NCBI RefSeq assembly: GCF_009914755.1 | Contig: NC_060939.1 | Source of the DNA: the human T2T-CHM13v2.0 reference genome, Homo sapiens | DNA length: 64,000 nucleotides | Strand: one strand, 5' to 3' | In this document: piece after piece, positions 49,130 through 64,000 of the stretch | Numbering within the stretch: the first letter of the stretch is position 1 | Layout of the letters: every line of letters begins with the position of its first letter | Position numbers and translations under genes: made by a program | The notes under the pieces: generated by a model | Database searches by the model: none | Seen by the model: only the letters and a program-made list of their open reading frames with translations | Told to the model about the DNA's origin: nothing

Positions 49130-49300
49130 GTTTCTCAACACTCTAGCAATAACATTAAAATTACCTATCAGGCTTTAAAACAGAACAGATGCTTAGAGAT
49201 TCCGATTCAGTAGGTCTGGGGTGGAGCATACGCAATGCTAATTTTTAGTAACGTCTCAGGTGATTCTGATGCATGGCCACAGCATTCTGCAAGTGAGAAC
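49130..49300. mobile_element. MER5A
   Basis: agagattccgattcagtaggtctggggtgg...caggtgattctgatgc. Confidence 0.7.
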
Positions 49301-50757
49301 ACCTGAAGAACATCATCAGTAAACACTGAAAGAACTTATGAATGAAAAGCCTCTTTGAATTATATATTTTTTGAGTATGGACTATGTTTTATTCATTTTT
49401 GTACTCTAGCCTCCAATGTTTCTGGTAATTAAAGAATAAGTGAACAAACAAATCACAAATTCTCTGCCTTGGTAGCCTGATGCTCTCAAAGAGACTGGAA
49501 CATGGGAAACAAAAAAGTTGACAGCTGATGTTGTAAATCTGTACTTCCTGGAACAGAATTCCTGGCATAACTTTAGGCAGACTAAATGGGAATGAACATG
49601 TGTGATCATTACAACACTGATTTTTTTTTTTTAAAAAATTAATTTTTGTTGAACTGGGGTGAGGGGTGAGGGAAGGAGGGGAAATTGGTGCTCTAATAAG
49701 ATTTACGTATCCAAATCCCATACCCAGAGTCAGATTATGAAGAGCAGAATCACAAAGCCACTCCATTTATAAATCCTGATTCTGCCCTCTACTGTTTGTT
49801 TATTTTTGTATTTACTTCTCCTTGAGCAACAGTATAATGTACAACTGAAAATACTTAGTGTTACTGACAAGATTTATAATTCAGCACTACTTTATGTGTT
49901 AATGACTTCAAAGCCCTGGATGAATAAAGCGAACAGGGATTGACTCAGTGAAACTTCTAGCTTCCTGTAAACTTCATTCATTCTCAAGCTTAATGGAAAC
50001 AAAACCCTATGCTAGGAAAAAGCAAGTATGTTTCCCTTTCTGAGTCTCCCTAGTTAAACACTATAATCAATGGCAACTCCACCTTGTAGCAAAGCTCAGT
50101 GATACCATGGATCCCATTACAATCCCCAAAAAGGAGAAGGTGAAGGAGGAAGATGGAAGTTTGGCATGGTTTGACTCTGTCTCCACAAAATCTGCAGTCT
50201 TTCTGTCACCCTCACACTTGAAGTTACGTGGAAAGGAAGAAGAGGGAAGTGCTGGATGAGAGAAACTTAAGAGTGCAAAGTCTGAAAAAGATAGGAGAGA
50301 GAATAATGGTCTGAACTAAATAGGCAGAAGAAATCTATTCTCTATTAAAACAACAAGAATTTGCCGAAGCAGGTTTTCCAAAAGAGACCAGAAAAAGAAA
50401 AAAAAAAAAGAAGCCCTAAAGTGATGCAGGAGGAGTGTCAGTCAGTCTGACTGGGTCTCCTAGTCAAAAGCTCTGGCCAAGTGACTAGATACTCACATGC
50501 TCTACAACCCTAGTGAGGAGTGCTTTGGGCTCCCACCTGCCTGGATGGATGGGTGCTGCACACTCAGCTACCTGCTTGGGTGATAAAAATAATTAGAATA
50601 GTGGTGTAGATGAAGGTTGAAGTCCTTGAAAAGTGCAAGAATATAAAGTTCTGCCCAGGGCCCCTCTTCCACAGGGGAGAAAAAAAAGCCACACACAACT
50701 GGATATTACAGTTATCCCATCATTTCTCTATGAAAATATAAAAACAAAATTAATGTT

Positions 50758-51122
50758 TGTCTTAGTCCATTTGGGCTTCTGTAACAAAATACCATAACCT
50801 GGGTGGCTTATAAACAACAGAAATTTATTTCTCATAGTTCTGGAGGCTGAGAATCTAAGATTAAGGTGCCAGCCATTCATGGTGTCTGGTAAGGGCCCTC
50901 TTCTTGGTTCATAGATGGTGCCTTCTTAATATGTCCTTACATGGTGGAAGGGGAGAAATCTGGTATCTTCAACCCCTTATAAGGTCATTAATCCCAATCA
51001 TGAGTACTCTATCCTCATGACCTAACCACCTCCCGAAGGCCCCATCTTCTAATACCATCACACTGGGGATTAGGTTTCAACATATGAATTTTGCAGGGTA
51101 CAAACATGTTCAGTCCATGGCA
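50758..51122 (-). mobile_element. MLT1A-type MaLR solo LTR
   Basis: tgtcttagtcc...cagtccatggca termini; perfect 5-bp TSD atgtt at 50753-50757 and 51123-51127. Confidence 0.88.
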
Positions 51123-51379
51123 ATGTTAACCCCTTTTGGTCCTATTTCACGTAGTCCAGTATTTGGTGGCTATTTTCATGATATTCCCCAATCATCTTAT
51201 CCTTACATCTGCCTTAACTTTAAGATTACTTGAACGTTAGAGAAACTAAAAATGGGGACATCTTTCATTTTTATCAAATGATTATTCTGCTCCAACTCTA
51301 TAGATTATAGATGCAAATCTTTATGGATCAGGTCCCTTGAGAGCTATTTTAAAATTCAAGCAGGGTAGAAAATAATTCC

Positions 51380-52830
51380 TGCAAGTCTACAGTACCCAAA
51401 ACAGCATAGTACTGGTACTAAAACAGGCACATAGACCAATGGAACAGAATAGAGAGCCCAGGAATAAGGCTGCACATCTATGACCATCTGATCTTCAACA
51501 AAGCTGACAAAAACAAGCAACGGGGAAAAAGACTCCCTATTCAATAAATGGTGGTGGGAAAACTGTCTATCCATATGCAGAAGATAGAAACTGGACCCCT
51601 TCCTTACATTATATACAAAAATCAACTCAAGATGGATAAAGACTTAACTGTAAAACCCAAAACTATGAAAACCCTGGAAGACAACCTAGGCAATACCATC
51701 CTGGACATAGGAACAAGCAAAGATTTCATGACAAAGATGCCAAAAGCAATTGCTATGAAAGCAAAAATTGACAAGTGGGATCTAATTAAACTGAAGAGCT
51801 TCTGCAGACACAGCAAAAGAAACTGTCCACAGAGTAAACAGACAACCTACAGAATGGAGAAAATATTTTCAAACTATGCATCTGACAAAGGTGTAATATC
51901 CAGCATCCATAAGGAACTTAAATTTACAAGAAAAAACAAACAACCCCATTAAAAAGTGGGCAAAGGACACAAACAGACACTTCTCAAAAGAAGACATACA
52001 TGCAGCCAACAAGCATATGGAAAAAAAGCTCAATATCACTCATCATTAGAGAAATGCAAATCAGAACCACAAGGAGATACCATCTCACACCAGTCAGAAA
52101 GGCTATTATTAAAAAGTCAAAATATAACAGATACTTGTGAGGTTGTGGAGAAAAGGGAACACTTATACACTGTTGGTGGGAGTGTAAATTAGTTCAACCA
52201 TTGTGGAAAGCAGTATGGCAATTCCTCGCTACAAAGAGCTCAACAGCAGAGCTACCATTGGACCCAGCAATCCCATTACTGGGTATATACCCAGAGGAAG
52301 ATAAATCATTTTGCCATAAAGACACATGCATGTGGATGTTTACTGCAGCATTATTCACAACAGCAGAGACAAGGAATCAACCTAAATGCCCATCAATGAC
52401 AGATTGCATAAAGAAAATATGGTACATATACACCATGGAATACTATGCAGCCATAAAAAAGAACAAGGTCATGTCTTTTGCAGGAACATGGATGGAGCTG
52501 GAGGCTATTATTCTTAGAAAAATAACACGGTTACAGAAAACCAAATACCACATGTTCTTACTTATAAGTGGTAGCTAAATGATAAAATATAATTTTGCTA
52601 ATTATAGCTAAATTATAAGAACCTATAAACACAAGAAGGAAATAACAGACACTGGGTCTACTTGAAGGGGGAGGATGCGAGGAGAGAAAGGAGCAGAAAA
52701 GATAACTATTGGATACTGGGCTTAATATCTGGGTGATGAAATAATATCTACAACAAACCCCTGTAACACATGTTTACATATGTAAAAAACCTTCACATGT
52801 GCCTCCAAACCTAAAAGTTAAAAAAAAAAT
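51380..52830 (+). mobile_element. 5'-truncated older primate L1 (L1PA13-16/L1PB-like)
   Basis: ORF2 C-terminal remnants (ORFs 51548-51952 and 52201-52578), 3'UTR and A tail. Confidence 0.9.
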
Positions 52831-53114
52831 AAAGTTTTTCAAACTGATAAGAGGCAAATTCTCTTTTAAGAGGCATTTCAATAAATATCCCAAATAATAG
52901 TTTTTGTTCAAGTCTCTTTTTTGATATAGCATAAATGAACTTAATATTTTCATATATAATTTTCATTGTGTATATTCACTTGAAGCTTTCATTTATTCCA
53001 TTGTTTACACTTGCTTTGTAAGATTTTTGTACAGAGAATTACACCAGTAAACAATTCTAATATTTCGAAAATGGTTTTAGTTCTGAGCTAATTTCAAAAA
53101 CGGGAAGAGAAAAG

Positions 53115-53350
53115 GCAGTAGAATATAATGATTAAAATCATGGGCATAAACATCAAACTCCTTGAGTTCAAATTCTGATTCTGAAACTTAGTAACTGGGT
53201 GAGTTGGGGTAAGTTGTTTGAACTCTCTTAGGCTAGCTTCCTCTACAACATGAGTGAAAACGGTTTGTCCCTAAGATTCGTAAGAATTAAATAAGATCAT
53301 TTATGTTTGAGGCTTGGCATACTGTCTGGTATTTATTAAGTGTTCAATAA
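53115..53350 (+). mobile_element. MIR
   Basis: ttgagttcaaattctgattctg...gtgagttggggtaagtt...taagtgttcaataaa. Confidence 0.65.
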
Positions 53351-55844
53351 AAGGTGATTAGGATTCGCTCTTATTTATTTGATCTAGAGTATAAATTTTC
53401 CCATGAAGCATTTATACAGGAAAACACAATAGGCCACAGACAAGGCATCTCTGATATTGGTCATCAGAAAGACTCCAGGAGTCTGCCCAGTCACATGGGG
53501 TTCTGGAATTTAGCCAGGCTGCTGAGTGGAAACTGTTACTCTTGTTTCCTTGGCAATAGTCTGGGCATGAGAAAGATCTCAATTTTTGATAATCAAAAGT
53601 CAATGAAAAATATGCTCCTTAGGCAGGTGTCTAATTGAATGTTGTCTACTTGAAAAGTACAGTGATACAATTCACCATAACAGGGTCTTAAAAGTTTACT
53701 AATCACACAGGAATGATTACTGTTCATTCAACCTCCTTTTTCAGCAATTTATTTTTTCAGGTTTTCTAGTTAGAATTATTTGACTACCTACTTATATGGT
53801 CTGTTACCCTGACCAAGTAATACCCATGTGTTGTCTTTAAAGGTTCACTTGGTCTACACTTGGGTTCACGGACTTCTAAATGCTGGGAAACAAAGTTACA
53901 TTCCTCTCACTTGCCACCTGCATTAGTTTCTGCTTCTGCATCAGTAAATTTTGCAATAAAAGATTATTGTGAAATAAGCACATATTCCCTTTCATACTCC
54001 TTTGGGAGTTAATGGGGTTATGTGCCCATCTATCTTAGGAAAATATTTCCCCCTTACTTAGCACTGTCTGGAGCAGGAAGACGTAAGGCTTGTCTAAGTC
54101 TGTGCCCCAACCTCCAAGTTGCATCCTCAGCAACTTCAGCTAATTTTAGATTTAGCTCTTTTTCCAGGCTTTGGGCAGTCTGAAACTTGGGAGCTGAGGG
54201 GGGAAGAGAAGAGTTAAGAAGCCCTAGTCAAACACCGATGAGTTCTACATGAGGCTCATTCTAGCCCTAACCTAACAACTGGGTGCTTCTAACTATTTTC
54301 CCTCTACCCAGGTTAGAGATCTCTCCAACCTGTCCACTTGTATATCCAATCCCTTCTTTTTGATACCTCAGTCCCTAAAGCTGGTTCCCTGAAACAGTGA
54401 ATGTTGCTTGCTCCCCATTTCCACTGGCCTATCAGAACACTTAATTCTTGTTAGAATTCTGCTGTTTTCACTTTCTATATTTGCTTAAGACCTGGTACTA
54501 TATTTAAAATTTCTGATGTAGCATATGCAGCAGTTTCCAGACTTCAGTCCAAACCCCAAAGAGCCTGCAATCATGGTGTCACAGGTGACTCTTCCGGGGC
54601 TAAGTCACAAGATATGGTTCCATACCCAAAAAACACTCTACATAACCAGTGGTTTTAAAATTTTTCTTGTCTTGCCATGCCATGCTGACAAAAGGCCATA
54701 AAGACCTTAAGGAATATACAATTGCTAGCAATTAAATCAACCTTGAACAGGTTGTATACCACTTAGGTCTGGTCTGAGCTCAAGTTTTGAACATTTACAC
54801 ATCTAGAACATTCTCCTAAGTGTTACTCTGGTGGTGTAAAGAAGCAACACGTCAGACTTTGCCTGTGCCTGACTGGCTGTGAGTCAAACACACAGTATCC
54901 TGGATGACTGCTATTTTGGCATTTGCTAGAATGTCTTTTGCCAAATTCCTCCAGCATTCATTTGAAGGCATCAAAATCCGTTTTACCTCCCAAAGAGTAT
55001 TTGATTTTTCTTGGCCAAAAAATGCCTGTTATGATGTACTTATTAATGTTGCTAGGGTAAAACAGAAGTAATAAAATTTGGAGACCCTTTTGGATCTGTC
55101 AGGGATGTGCCATTATGCAAATGTTTCTTATTAGAGGTTGGTACCTGACTATTTTTTCTTTGGACCAACTGCCACCTGAGCAGTGTTGATCCCATTTTTT
55201 AAAAATCTATGTTTTATATTTTATGTTTATATATCATAAAACTTGAGTAGCCCCATGCTACTTTGAGGCATTTAAGAAGGTGACATCAGGTACTTTTTAT
55301 TCATCAGCTGGGAGGTTTTTATTTTGTCCTGAAGCCAACTAACTAGAATGACTAAAAAATGTTATACATGTGCTCCTGACAGATCTTCCTCGTAGTAAAC
55401 TCTCTCTGAAGGCACTGCTTGGATGAACTAAGTGAGAAATGTATGCTGACCTAAGAGAAGCCTCTGGCCAGAGAAACTGCGTCATATGTCACAAAAATTA
55501 AAGGAACAAATCCTAACGCAGCATTGCCCATAATATGTACTGAGAGGGCACTTGTCAACAGGATCAAAACAAGACCAGAAATGCCTACTCCAAACTCTGT
55601 GGTTTGTTTCAGACATAACAACCCTTAAGCTAGTGTCAGAGGATAAGGGCACATTTCTCCTGACCAAGGTTGAACTTCTCTCAAGTTTTTTCTTTTTTCA
55701 ATCTCTTCCAGAACTAAGTTCCTTCAATTAGTCCCTCTTCACCCTCACGCACCTGCTCAACATTCTCTTATCTTCAAATTAAAAAAAAAAAACCCTCCTG
55801 GGTCCCTTCTAATTACTATTTCTGACTCTGTCTTTGAAAATAGA

Positions 55845-56062
55845 GGAGAGAAGTTGTTTAGAGAGTATAGGCACCGGCAGCTGGGCCCTTGCAGCCGATT
55901 GGGCTCAAATTCTCATACTGCTATTTGCATGGCTGTGTGATTGCACAAGTTACTTAACCCTTCTGCACCACAATTTCCTCATCAATAAAATGGAGCTGAA
56001 AATTGTAGTTGATCATAGTTATTAAGAGGATTAAATAAAATCGTATGTGTCAAGCACTTAGA
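55845..56062 (+). mobile_element. MIR
   Basis: gctgtgtgattgcacaagttacttaaccct...tttcctcatcaataaaatgg core. Confidence 0.75.
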
Positions 56063-56416
56063 ACAAAAATCAAACTGAGTTTTACATATTCTTGAACTCA
56101 CTAGCTTGTAGATTCTCTTGGATTTTTCTAATACAAAATAGTATATCATCTGTAAGTAATGACACTTGTTTCTTTCTAATCCTTATACTTTTTTGTTTTG
56201 TGCATCGGCCTTCAGTACAGTGGTAAAGAAGCAGTGCTGGTGAGCATCCTGATCATATTCCTGACTCTGCCACTTCTTTTGGATCTTCTTCCCTACTTGG
56301 TCACTAAAAGGTTCTGGTAAAGGACTCTAATGAAATTCTTGTTGTTAAATCCAACAGGTACTTTTCAATCATTATTTTGCCTGACTGTTAGGCAGCACTC
56401 AACATTACAACTACAG

Positions 56417-57978
<1,562 letters not shown>

Positions 57979-57987
57979 CAATTCTCA

Positions 57988-64000
<6,013 letters not shown>

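Noticed and set aside
54840-55130. AP-1 (tgagtca), CRE half-site and octamer (atgcaaat) as an enhancer
   Set aside because: Motif density is not clearly above chance, and there is no other support from sequence alone.

Overview
This is primate (catarrhine, most likely human) genomic DNA with no convincing protein-coding exon in 64 kb, so it is a large intron or intergenic segment. More than half of it is interspersed repeat: about 30 Alus, several L1s (including an L1PA7-like element with an intact 5' end running off the right edge), L2, CR1/L3 and MIR relics, Tigger1/Tigger2/MER2/MER1A/MER63/MER5 DNA transposons, MSTA and MLT1 MaLR LTRs, and a HERV-E-type LTR2 solo LTR. The only gene-derived feature is a full-length processed beta-actin (ACTB) pseudogene on the minus strand with target-site duplications (TSDs), inserted in a Tigger1 that is part of a five-level nested insertion. 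I found no evidence of a new multi-gene biological system. The best leads are structural or regulatory: a back-to-back L1PA7 pair with apparently shared non-consensus variants, an in-frame 90-bp duplication in an L1 endonuclease domain, a retained actin zipcode, an LTR2 with a weakened polyA signal, two motif-dense unique islands and closely spaced inverted Alus. Repeat family and subfamily names come from remembered consensus sequences and were not checked by any search; boundaries of old elements are approximate.
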